The notes under the pieces were generated by a model, which was given only the letters and a program-made list of their open reading frames with translations, was not told where the DNA came from and did not search any database. Below are positions 1 through 8,456 of a stretch of 64,000 nt of DNA, piece after piece (positions within the stretch are counted from its first letter, which is position 1; the number at the start of each line of letters is the position of its first letter). The translations under genes were made by a program, and so were the position numbers. Origin of the DNA: an uncultured Actinomycetes bacterium. GTDB taxonomy: Bacteria; Actinomycetota; Acidimicrobiia; Acidimicrobiales; CAVRDY01. Location of the stretch: the NCBI GenBank assembly GCA_963719935.1, contig CAVRDY010000008.1:74118-138117 (forward strand), in the 5' to 3' direction.

Positions 1-375
1 GCACTCGCCCAGTGCCTGGTGGTCCACCTCGGCGAGGGGTTCCGCAGGGGAGCTCTGACACCTTCACCCCCCGAGTGGATGGTGCGCGAGAACAAGTGGC
101 TGGCGGCTCGATGGGGAATGGAGGCGCAACTCATCACCGACCGGGACGGGGCCCGCCAGCCCGTGGGCGACCTGGTCCGTGAGCTGGTCGCTGACCTGGC
201 GCCTACCGCCAACCGCCTCGGGTGCAGCGACGAGCTGGACGAGGTACTCGAGATCCTGACCCACGGGCCTGGATACGTTCGCCAGCGGGCCGTTCGTGCC
301 GCCGGGGGAACACCGGTCGACGTCGTCGACGCCCTGGTGCGGGAGCTGGCCACCGACCAGGTGACCCGGACGTGA
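1..375 (+). CDS. Glutamate--cysteine ligase / carboxylate-amine ligase (YbdK/GCS2 family), 3' part, truncated by window edge
   Basis: C-terminal motifs ENKWLAARWG, LGCSDEL and GPGYVRQR typical of the YbdK family; stop overlaps next GTG (GTGA at 372-375). Confidence 0.8.
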   Translation, partial: ALAQCLVVHLGEGFRRGALTPSPPEWMVRENKWLAARWGMEAQLITDRDGARQPVGDLVRELVADLAPTANRLGCSDELDEVLEILTHGPGYVRQRAVRAAGGTPVDVVDALVRELATDQVTRT

Positions 376-1601
376 GCAGTTCGGACGAGACCGCCCGGGA
401 CAAAGAGATGGAATCCTGGCTGGCAGCGCACCGCGACGAGCTGGTGGCAATACGGCGTCATCTGCACGCCCATCCCGAGCTGAGCGGCGAGGAGCACGCC
501 ACGACCGAGCTGGTGACGGAGCGACTGGTCGTGGCGGGCCTGGATCCCAGGGTGCTTCCCGGGGGAACCGGACTCGTCTGCGACCTCGGAGGCGCTCACG
601 CCGGGCTCCGGGTGGGGCTGCGGGCCGACCTGGACGCGCTGGCCATGGACGACGACAAGGACGTTCCGTATCGCTCTACGAGACCGGGGGTGGCCCACGC
701 CTGCGGTCACGACGTCCACACGACCATCGTCCTCGGAGCGGCTCTGGCCCTCGAGGCGCTGGCCGGGGCCGAAGGGCCACCACCGGTGCGGCTCGTGTTC
801 CAGCCGGCAGAAGAGCGCGTACCCGGAGGGGCCCGTGAGCTCGTCGACGAGGGTGTGATGGAGGGGGTCGGGGCGATCTTCGCGCTGCACTGCGATCCCC
901 GCCTGGACACGGGGAGAGTGGGACTCCGAGCCGGGGCCATCACCTCGGCCACCGACATGACCGAGATCGTGCTGCATGGACCCGGCGGGCACACCGCCCG
1001 ACCCGAACGCACCGTCGACCTGGTCGCCTTGGCCGCCGATGTGGTGCTGCGTCTCCCCATCGAGGTATCCGAGCAGATGGGGGGCCGGCCGGTCCGCATC
1101 ACCTTCGGTGCCCTGCACGCCGGGGACGCCGCCAACGTCGTGCCCGCCCGAGCAGAGCTGCGAGGAACGGTGCGAACCCCGGACCCGCTGGTCTGGGATG
1201 ACGTCGAGCCTGCCATCCGAGCATCGCTGGCCGAGGTGGTCGAGCCCCACGGCGCGCGGTTCGAGCTCCGCCACACGCGCGGCCATCCACCGGTGGTGAA
1301 CGATCCGTGGGCTACGGAACTGGTGGAGACCGCCGCTCGGGCCGAGTTGGAGGAAGGCGCGGTGGCACCCACTCCACAAAGCGTCGGCGGCGACGACTTC
1401 AGCTGGTATCTGACGCAAGCGCCCGGGTGCTACGCCCGCCTCGGGGTTCGCGACCCCGCAAGCGACGCACCCCCTCTGGACCTTCACGCCAGCTGCTTCG
1501 ACGTGGACGAGGCGTGCATCTCCGTAGGGGTGAGGCTGCTGGTGGCCACGGCCCGCCTGGCGGCAGCGGAGTTCGCAGCGAGTGGGCAGCGACCCACTTG
1601 A
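372..1601 (+). CDS. M20D amidohydrolase
   Basis: RRHLHAHPELSGEE, LRADLDAL, HACGHDVH, FQPAEE and GGHTARP motifs. Confidence 0.9.
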   Translation: MSSSDETARDKEMESWLAAHRDELVAIRRHLHAHPELSGEEHATTELVTERLVVAGLDPRVLPGGTGLVCDLGGAHAGLRVGLRADLDALAMDDDKDVPYRSTRPGVAHACGHDVHTTIVLGAALALEALAGAEGPPPVRLVFQPAEERVPGGARELVDEGVMEGVGAIFALHCDPRLDTGRVGLRAGAITSATDMTEIVLHGPGGHTARPERTVDLVALAADVVLRLPIEVSEQMGGRPVRITFGALHAGDAANVVPARAELRGTVRTPDPLVWDDVEPAIRASLAEVVEPHGARFELRHTRGHPPVVNDPWATELVETAARAELEEGAVAPTPQSVGGDDFSWYLTQAPGCYARLGVRDPASDAPPLDLHASCFDVDEACISVGVRLLVATARLAAAEFAASGQRPT

Positions 1602-1684
1602 TCTACTCTTGATCCTTATGTGAGGATTCGCTGACGTGGTGCTGCGAATGTGCGCTCTGCCCACAACGCGTCACCCGCGTGATC

Positions 1685-1747
1685 GGTTCGACGGGCCGCC
1701 CGAATCCCTCCCCAGCAAGGTTCGGCGGTCCGTCGAACCATTTTTCC
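1685..1747 (+). terminator. Long GC-rich hairpin followed by T-tract (intrinsic terminator or attenuator)
   Basis: GGTTCGACGGGCCGCCCGAA (1685-1704) pairs with TTCGGCGGTCCGTCGAACC (1721-1739), followed by ATTTTT. Confidence 0.6.
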
Positions 1748-1769
1748 ACCGAGAACCGACCAACCTCCC

Positions 1770-3251
1770 ATGACCGCTGAACGTCCGGCGCTCGTTGCGG
1801 GAGGGCATCCCGAGACCGTGTCCGCGGCCAGCCACGCCCTGGCCGCGGGGGGCAATGCCTTCGATGCTGTCGTGGCTGCCGGCTTCGCTGCTGCGGTGGC
1901 CGAACCGGGCCTGACCAGTCTCGGTGGGGGCGGGTTCCTCCTGGCCCATCCCGTGGGGCAGGAACCCGTGGTCGTCGACTTCTTCGTGGACACACCCGGG
2001 CTGGGCCGACCACCGGGCACAGCGCGTGGCGAACCGGCCATCACGCCGGTGGTGGTGCGATTCCGGGGTGCCGACCAGACCTTCCATGCGGGGCACGGGT
2101 CGGTGGCGGTACCCGGGTGTCTGGCCGGCTACCTGCACATCCATCGCCGCTTCGGCACGCTCAGCCTCGACGAGCTCATCGATCCCGCCCGTCACCTGGC
2201 ACGCCACGGCGTCGTGGTGAATGCCCAGCAGGCCGAGGTACTCGGGCTGCTGGCCAGCACCTTCGCCCTCAGCAAGGAGGGGAAGGACCTGTACCTGAGC
2301 GACGGTCGACCCCTCCAGGTGGGAGATCGCTGCACGAACCCCGCCCTGGCGGACCTGCTCGATGACCTGGCCGCCGGAGTGATCTCGGGCCTGGCCGATC
2401 CTGTTCTGGCCGGCCCGCTCGAGGCGTGCATGGCGGCAAACGGGGGGCTCGTGACCGGCGACGACCTGAGGGCCCACCAGGTGGTCGAACGCCCACCCCT
2501 GCGTCTCGAATGGGAGGGAAGCCGGTTGTTGACCAACCCCCCACCCTCCTTCGGAGGCGACCTCATCGCCAGGGCCCTGCAGCAGCTGACAGGAGCACCC
2601 GACCCCGACACGCCCGAGGGGGCCCAGGTGCTGGCCGCCGCGCTAGCGAGCATCCACGACCACCACACCGGCAACGGTCCGCGCGCGGTCCGAGGAACCA
2701 CCCACGTCAGCATCGCGGACCACGAGGGCAACTTGGCCGCCATGACGACTTCCAATGGCACCTGTTCGGGGGTGTTCGTGCCCGGTACCGGTGTTCAGCT
2801 GAACAACATCATGGGGGAAGAGGACCTTCACCCCGAGGGCCTGCACGCCGGCCCTCCCGGTGTCCGGGTGGGTTCGATGATGTCACCGACGATCCTGGAG
2901 GGCCCGGACGGTTGGGTGGTGCTCGGCTCAGGGGGCAGCGAACGGATCCGCAGCGCCATCACAACGGTGTTGGCCCGGATCCTCCTGGGTGGACAGAACC
3001 ACTCGCGGCGAGTCGACCTGGAGGAGGTGATCAAAGCACCCCGACTGCACTGGGACGGAACGACTCTGCAACTCGAGCCCGGCCTCGACGCCGAGGTCGT
3101 GGCGGGTCTCGCCTCGCAATGGCCGGTTCGGCAGTGGAGCGAACGCAACCTCTACTTCGGTGGTGTGCACGCGGTGGCCTCGACGGGCGAGGCGGCCGGT
3201 GACCCACGCCGGGGCGGCACCACGGCGGTGATCCATCCCGTCCACCGCTAA
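1770..3251 (+). CDS. ggt: Gamma-glutamyltransferase family protein
   Basis: GGNAFDAVVAA, SLGGGGF, catalytic GTTHVS, LNN, SMMSPT, GSGGSERI and DPRRGG motifs. Confidence 0.9.
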   Translation: MTAERPALVAGGHPETVSAASHALAAGGNAFDAVVAAGFAAAVAEPGLTSLGGGGFLLAHPVGQEPVVVDFFVDTPGLGRPPGTARGEPAITPVVVRFRGADQTFHAGHGSVAVPGCLAGYLHIHRRFGTLSLDELIDPARHLARHGVVVNAQQAEVLGLLASTFALSKEGKDLYLSDGRPLQVGDRCTNPALADLLDDLAAGVISGLADPVLAGPLEACMAANGGLVTGDDLRAHQVVERPPLRLEWEGSRLLTNPPPSFGGDLIARALQQLTGAPDPDTPEGAQVLAAALASIHDHHTGNGPRAVRGTTHVSIADHEGNLAAMTTSNGTCSGVFVPGTGVQLNNIMGEEDLHPEGLHAGPPGVRVGSMMSPTILEGPDGWVVLGSGGSERIRSAITTVLARILLGGQNHSRRVDLEEVIKAPRLHWDGTTLQLEPGLDAEVVAGLASQWPVRQWSERNLYFGGVHAVASTGEAAGDPRRGGTTAVIHPVHR

Positions 3252-3318
3252 CGCATCGGTGCTGGTCGGCTGGACCCCTGGTGTGTGCCCTCTCCGACGA
3301 GGTGACCATGGAGGGCCT

Positions 3319-3337
3319 AGCAGACTGAGGTTCCATG
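3319..3337 (+). repeat. Array A left boundary site (AGCAGACTGAGGTTC)
   Basis: 15 bp identical to 59555-59569. Confidence 0.65.
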
Positions 3338-3372
3338 AGCAGGTCTGCGAGAGCGCAACCGTGGCGCTGCGG

Positions 3373-3678
3373 TTAGCCGATGCGAAGGTCGAACGCGTCC
3401 CCGATGGCGCGGGCGAGCTCGGACTCCTGGTCGTCGAACAACAGACCGATGGTCCCGCCGACGGCTTCGGCCCTCACGGTCGTGATGTTGTCGCAGCTGA
3501 TCACGCAGTCTCGGTCGAGGCCGTTTCGTGGGCCAATGGGCACCTCGCTAGTGATGCCGCGGACCGTGGTGGTGATCGGGGCGACGGTGACCCACGCCAG
3601 GAGGTGGCGCTTCGACTCTCGCGTCAGGATCAGCGCCGGGCGGGCCTTGTCCAGCCGAACGGTCGCGATGGATCGCAT
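3373..3678 (-). CDS. mazF: PemK/MazF-family toxin
   Basis: KARPALILTR, VTVAPITTTVRGITSEV and VISCDNITT; 101 aa, coupled to an upstream small gene. Confidence 0.9.
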   Translation of the reverse strand: MRSIATVRLDKARPALILTRESKRHLLAWVTVAPITTTVRGITSEVPIGPRNGLDRDCVISCDNITTVRAEAVGGTIGLLFDDQESELARAIGDAFDLRIG

Positions 3679-3917
3679 CAGTCCATCTGAGGATGGGGCA
3701 GGTCGAAGATGCCGTCGAGGTCGGGGTAGAGCGACTCACCGCGACGGGCGATCTCTAGAAGGACGGCTTCCTCGCCGCGATAGCGCTGCTCCCGTCGTAG
3801 CTGGGCGATGCTCCGACGAAGGGCATCTGAGCGATTGGCAGCACGTCCCTGTGCAACCTCGGCGTCGAGGGCTTCTACTTCGGCGTCATCGAGGCGCACC
3901 GCGATCTGTGTGGTCAT
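3678..3917 (-). CDS. Ribbon-helix-helix antitoxin (MazE-like)
   Basis: MTTQIAVRLDD...ANRSDALRR RHH signature; 79 aa; stop overlaps toxin start. Confidence 0.85.
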   Translation of the reverse strand: MTTQIAVRLDDAEVEALDAEVAQGRAANRSDALRRSIAQLRREQRYRGEEAVLLEIARRGESLYPDLDGIFDLPHPQMD

Positions 3918-3958
3918 GAGCGAATCATACCGATGTGTCAACCACGTGGTATGCAACC
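3918..3958 (-). promoter_or_regulatory. Probable leaderless TA promoter with operator-like inverted repeats
   Basis: Minus-strand TATGAT 6 nt before ATG; CATACC...GGTATG inverted pair and ACCACGTGGT palindrome. Confidence 0.5.
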
Positions 3959-4103
3959 CGTCTGGTGCCCGCATTGCTCGCCGTGTTCGAACTGGCAGCA
4001 CTGGTGGCGGGCGTTCCTCGATGCTGCCGCTGACCCGTCGGTGGTCGCGCCGGGACGGTTCATCGTTGTTGGTTCTGGTGTCGCCCGTGCCGTCGCGCCG
4101 TCC

Positions 4104-4137
4104 GAAGGGACGCATTCGCGACTCGTGAGGTTCGTGA
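4104..4137 (+). repeat. Cassette junction motif A2
   Basis: GAAGGGACGCATTCGCGACTCGTGAGGTTCGTGA, similar to 60398-60431 and 61091-61125. Confidence 0.75.
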
Positions 4138-4157
4138 TGTCGGTCCGGATGGCGAGG

Positions 4158-4482
4158 TCAGCGCTCCAGGATCACCACGAGGTCGAGCTTGCGAGCGTTT
4201 TCGCCGACGTCGAAGCGATCGACCGTGCGGTACGGGGCACCCTCCGGGTCTCGGTGGCGAACCAACTCCCCGGCTTCAGGGCGCGGATCGATCAACCACA
4301 CCTCGGGCACACCCGCCTTCGCGTAGGCGACGAGCTTGGCGCCACGATCGCGGGCCTGCGTGGTGACACTAACCTCCACGATCAGCTTCACAGCGGAGAC
4401 TGGAATCGCGTCATCGGGCTCGAACTGGGCCCCGATCTCGACGACGTACACATCCGGGTCAACGATCGACATTGGACTCAGC
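4158..4482 (-). pseudogene. Uma2-family endonuclease, 5'-deleted copy
   Basis: 96 of the 107 C-terminal aa are identical to the 60452-60988 product; about 300 bp including the start codon are deleted. Confidence 0.85.
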
Positions 4483-4483
4483 G

Positions 4484-4530
4484 CGCGTCGGGCGTTGGAA
4501 GGGGATGGCAGGGCGACGGGCGAGGTTCGT
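4484..4530 (+). repeat. Cassette junction motif A3
   Basis: 4484-4509 is identical to 61077-61102, followed by ...GCGACGGGCGAGGTTCGT. Confidence 0.75.
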
Positions 4531-4572
4531 AGAGGCCGTGGGCAACCATGGCTCCGGGTTGGCTCACAAGCC

Positions 4573-6522
4573 TCAGTGATCGACCAGCTCCACCAGTTCG
4601 AGGCCGGTCCGGGCCCGGTCCAGGCGGGCCTGACCATCGGGGTCGTCAAGGTAGGCGGGCCGCAACGGAGCCGGCTTGAGGACCCGGCGACGCTGGAGCT
4701 CCTCGATGATCGGCGCGTGATCGGTGGCGATCTTGCCGATCATCAGCGTCTCGAGGTGGCCTCCGTCGGCCAGGTAGTCCAGGACCTTCTGCACGCCCCG
4801 GAGGTAGATCGAATCCTTCACGAACCCCCCACCCCGGTGCACCCGCGTGGTGATCAAGAAGGCGGGACGGGGCGCAAACCCCAACTCGTCGGTGAGGAGC
4901 CGGTAGGTGTCCACGAAGCCGGCACCCTCCAGGAGGCTCTGGGAGGCCAGCACGCGCGCGGCCAGGGTGCGCATGCGGGTCGGGGTCAGACCCCCGGCCA
5001 GGTACTCGGCGAACACGGCGAGGCCCTCCTGGAGCTCGTCGTAGTGGGCCAGGCCCACCGACAGAAGCCGGAAGGGCTGGGCCCGTCCGTTCCAGTGGGT
5101 GACGATGTGGGTACCGACCTCGTGCTGGAGCAGCGGGTCCACCCGGTTGACCGGGAACTTCATGCTCCGCCCCACGAGCAACTGGCCGCTGGAGACCATG
5201 AGCGAGGTGAGGTCGTCGCGAACCTGGACCTGGCTGTCGAAGGGCGGGAAGGCGCTTCGGTAGTTGTCCATCTCTTCGCAGGCCCGGGCCACGAACCTCT
5301 CCGAGTTCACCTGGCGGACCCGGCGCCCGCCCTCGGTCGCCTCGAGTGTGTCGAGCACGCGACGGGCCTGTGCCATCAGCTGGGGCTCGATGGTGCCGTA
5401 GAGCGCGAGCGACAGCGGCAGGAACCGCCGCCTCTCTCGCTCCACGAGCAGCGACAGCTTCAGGTCCAGATCGCCCTTCTTCTCGCGAAACAGGTTTGCC
5501 ATGGTCGGGTCCTCGACCCGGTCGACGTCGATGGCGTGCAGACGGCGCTTCAGGTCGTCGGGATCGAAGTCGCGAGGCCGGTAACTGAAGGTGGGTTCAC
5601 GGTCGCTCCCGGACCGGTTGAACTGGGTCCGTGCCGCCTCGACGTTGGTGGGCGACACGTAGAGCAGCAGGTCGAACTCGTCGGAGATGGCCGCCAGCGC
5701 CGCGTCGACCTGCCAGGCGGCCTTGGTGAAGGCACGGGTGCCCAGAGCCTGGTAGTGCCGGGGCCGCGCCATCGTCTCGCTGCGGGCGAACTCGAAGCAG
5801 GCCTGGCGGATGGCCCGCGAGAGCTGGTGAGCCAGACTGCGCTTCGCCAGCGGGTACGGCTCGCCGGTCTCGGGATTGCGGTGCACGGGACGGACTTCGA
5901 TGCCGATGGCGTCACTGTTGAGGCGAGCCAGCTCCGCCGCACTGGCCAGGGGGGCCATCCCAGCCGCCCCGATTCGACCCCCGGCCACCACGTCAACCGC
6001 GGCAGGCTGCTTGAACAGCTCGATCCGTCCCAGGGATGCGACGAGCTGGCGCACCGTGGACGACTCGGCGAAGCGGCGCGGTGTGACCACCCGGAACCCG
6101 GGTGGTGGAGGGCTACCGCTGGTGTCGGGACGGGCTCCTGCGTCGGGACCGGCCCACACCTCCACGACCAGGAAGCCACCGAAGGTGGCCGACAGCGTCT
6201 CGGCCACCACTTGGGCCAGGGCCCGCGTGCGAACACGCAGACGACGGTCGTCGGGGGCCAGGAGATAGGCGGCCTCGCTGCGCACCAGATCGCGTATCCC
6301 TGCGTCGGGACGCCCCGGAGGCCGGTAGACGACCAGAAACGGGAGCTGGCGGTCGATGTTGAGCCGCCCACCACCGGGCAGGGTGCGCCGGACGCGCTCG
6401 TTGGCTTCCAGCCGGCGGCGCACCGTGGCCAGAAGCTTGTCGTCCATGACCGGCGCCCGACTCCGGCGACCCTTTGCGCCGCTCGTGGCTCGGGCCTTCG
6501 AACGAACCGGCGGGTCAGCCAC
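4573..6522 (-). CDS. DUF1704 / MATCAP-like metallopeptidase (QEGLA-motif protein)
   Basis: HEVGTH zinc motif, downstream ELQEGLA, and RVHRGGGFVKDSIYLRG. Confidence 0.85.
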   Translation of the reverse strand: MADPPVRSKARATSGAKGRRSRAPVMDDKLLATVRRRLEANERVRRTLPGGGRLNIDRQLPFLVVYRPPGRPDAGIRDLVRSEAAYLLAPDDRRLRVRTRALAQVVAETLSATFGGFLVVEVWAGPDAGARPDTSGSPPPPGFRVVTPRRFAESSTVRQLVASLGRIELFKQPAAVDVVAGGRIGAAGMAPLASAAELARLNSDAIGIEVRPVHRNPETGEPYPLAKRSLAHQLSRAIRQACFEFARSETMARPRHYQALGTRAFTKAAWQVDAALAAISDEFDLLLYVSPTNVEAARTQFNRSGSDREPTFSYRPRDFDPDDLKRRLHAIDVDRVEDPTMANLFREKKGDLDLKLSLLVERERRRFLPLSLALYGTIEPQLMAQARRVLDTLEATEGGRRVRQVNSERFVARACEEMDNYRSAFPPFDSQVQVRDDLTSLMVSSGQLLVGRSMKFPVNRVDPLLQHEVGTHIVTHWNGRAQPFRLLSVGLAHYDELQEGLAVFAEYLAGGLTPTRMRTLAARVLASQSLLEGAGFVDTYRLLTDELGFAPRPAFLITTRVHRGGGFVKDSIYLRGVQKVLDYLADGGHLETLMIGKIATDHAPIIEELQRRRVLKPAPLRPAYLDDPDGQARLDRARTGLELVELVDH

Positions 6523-7336
6523 CGCCGACGGCCTCCAGTGCCGCTATCAGCCCATCCCGGGTGGAGGCAAGCGCGGCAGCCACAGCAGCGGACCGCTCGG
6601 CGTCGATCTCGCCGGTCCACTCGTCCATGTACACCTTCTTCACCTCGACCGCCAGGACGCACACGGTGTCGGGGTACTGCGATGCGATCCACCGGGACTG
6701 GTAGCCGCCACGGAACCGAACGTTCTCACGGACGTCGACGGCCACTCCGGCCAGGCTCTGGCTGCCCAGGTCGGCCATGAAGCGATCGATGACCCCGGCC
6801 CAACGCCCCCGGTCCAGATTGCCGGTGCCGACGTTGACCACCGGGTTGGCGACAGGATCGTCGGGAGCTGACCCGGGCCCGCCGCGGCGGTGGTTGTAGG
6901 AGTGCAGGTCGAACACGACGACCCGATCGAACCGCTCGACCAGTGTGGTGAGCACGCCGTCGAGGACCTCGTAGTAGCGGCGGTACTCGTCCAGAGATCG
7001 GGACACCAGGTCCAGGGCGGGCGGTTCAGGCCACACCGGCAGCCCCCAGCAGTCCTCGGGTCGTCGATAGACGGCCTGCTCGGGGGGGCGGTTGAGGTCG
7101 ACCTCGAAGCGTGAACGGTTGGCCACGAGGCGGGTGGCGACCACCCTGGTCCACGCCCCGGTGCCCGGATCTTCCTCGCGCCGGCGTCGCAGAACCATCG
7201 ATTCCGATCCCGGCGGCGACCTCCGGGCGTAACGCGTGACCTTCGTGGATGGCGGTGGCCACGAGAGGCTCGTCGCCGACGACGACACTCCAGAGGTCGC
7301 CCGGGTCCGGCAGGGACCATCGGGCGGTGGTGACAT
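6515..7336 (-). CDS. N-formylglutamate amidohydrolase family protein (frameshifted near 5' end)
   Basis: VATAIHEGH (alternate frame), REEDP, SRFEVDLNR, DLHSYNHRR and ENVRFRGG. Confidence 0.85.
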   Translation of the reverse strand: MSPPPDGPCRTRATSGVSSSATSLSWPPPSTKVTRYARRSPPGSESMVLRRRREEDPGTGAWTRVVATRLVANRSRFEVDLNRPPEQAVYRRPEDCWGLPVWPEPPALDLVSRSLDEYRRYYEVLDGVLTTLVERFDRVVVFDLHSYNHRRGGPGSAPDDPVANPVVNVGTGNLDRGRWAGVIDRFMADLGSQSLAGVAVDVRENVRFRGGYQSRWIASQYPDTVCVLAVEVKKVYMDEWTGEIDAERSAAVAAALASTRDGLIAALEAVGGG

Positions 7337-8386
7337 CTACAAGGTGGCCATGTCGACGTTGTCGAACCGACGGTCGTAGAAGCCCGAGTACTCGACCTTG
7401 CGCTCGAGCGCGTCGATGACCGCGTTGTTGAAGTTGACGCCCTCCATGCGCTGGGCCGACCCCAGACCCGCCCGGGCTGAACACGTTGATCTCCATCAGC
7501 TGGTCACCGACGATGTCGAGGCCCACGAGGAACATGCCGTCCTGCACGAGCTTGGGGCGCACGATGTCGGCGAGCCGGAAGGCGTCGTCGTCCAGTTCGG
7601 CCTTGCTGATGGTGCCCCCGGCGTGGATGTTGGAGCGCAGATCGCTACCCGAACGGATCCGGCGAAAGGCGGCGTAGCGGCCCCGGTGACGCAGCGGGAG
7701 GCCGTTCATCAGGAAGAGCCGGGTGTCGCCCTTCTCGGCCTTGGGCAGGTACTCCTGCACGATCACGTAGCCGTCACGGCTGACCGCGTCGATCATCTGG
7801 TTGAGGTTGGCCACGACGTCGGGGGTCACCAGGAAGACGTTCGCGCCCCCCGAACCCTGGAGCGGCTTGAGCACGCAGTGAGCCGTCCTGGTCGCGCACG
7901 AAGTTGGTGATCTCGTTGCGGTCCCGAGTGATGAGGGTGCGAGGTCGCACCTCCTCGGGGAACAGCTGGAAGTACATCTTGTTGAGGGCCTTGGCGAGCC
8001 CGTTGGGATCGTTGAGCACCACGACGCCATGACGCAGGGCCAAGCGACCGAAGTCGATGCCCGCAGTCTGGGCCCAGTTGCGGGTGCCCTTCTCGATGGA
8101 GGGATCGTTGCGAAGGAACAGCACGTCGAGATCGTCGAGGGTGATGCGGTCGACTGACCGCCCGACGTCCCTGGACGGCCCGCAGATAGGTGTCGTTGCC
8201 CTTGTACTGCCTCGCTGGGGCCCGCCGCGCCCGGGCGTTCGCCGTGCCCTCGGGGTCGTAGGCGAGATCGCCGACGCCCAGATACCACGCCTCGTGGTTG
8301 CGGTTGGTGGCGCAGAGCCCGAGCCGAACGGTGGTGTAGACGGCCTCCTCGGTCTGCACGTCGTTGACCACGAAACCGATGCGCAT
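7337..8386 (-). CDS. Glutathione synthetase-like ATP-grasp ligase (about three frameshifts)
   Basis: MRIGFVVND, LFLRNDPS, ALNKMY, VLKPLQGSGG, QEYLP...GDTRLF, RSNIHAGG and GLDIVGDQLMEINVFSPGG across frames. Confidence 0.85.
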
Positions 8387-8456
8387 CGAGCGCACCCTAG
8401 CCCGGGTCCCCGGTCCTTCAACCGTCGCTTCGGAGACCAGCGGGTAGCGTGCGGGC

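Noticed and set aside
1619..1637. TGAGGATTCGCTGACG resembling the junction core
   Set aside because: It needs two insertions to match and has no adjacent cargo; may be chance.
3960..4100. Possible CxxC-containing gene fragment inside the mazEF module
   Set aside because: No recognisable family, start or RBS; cannot be supported without a search.
4104..4137. Junction motif as a canonical integron attC or Xer dif site
   Set aside because: GTTCGTG does not fit GTTRRRY, I found no matching inverse core with a long hairpin, there is no TTATG-type XerD arm, and no intI is in the window.
4336..6780. 814-aa + strand ORF, and similar long antisense ORFs such as 40907-43174, 48283-49917 and 51886-53727
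   Set aside because: Shadow ORFs opposite well-supported genes in high-GC DNA, with no motifs.
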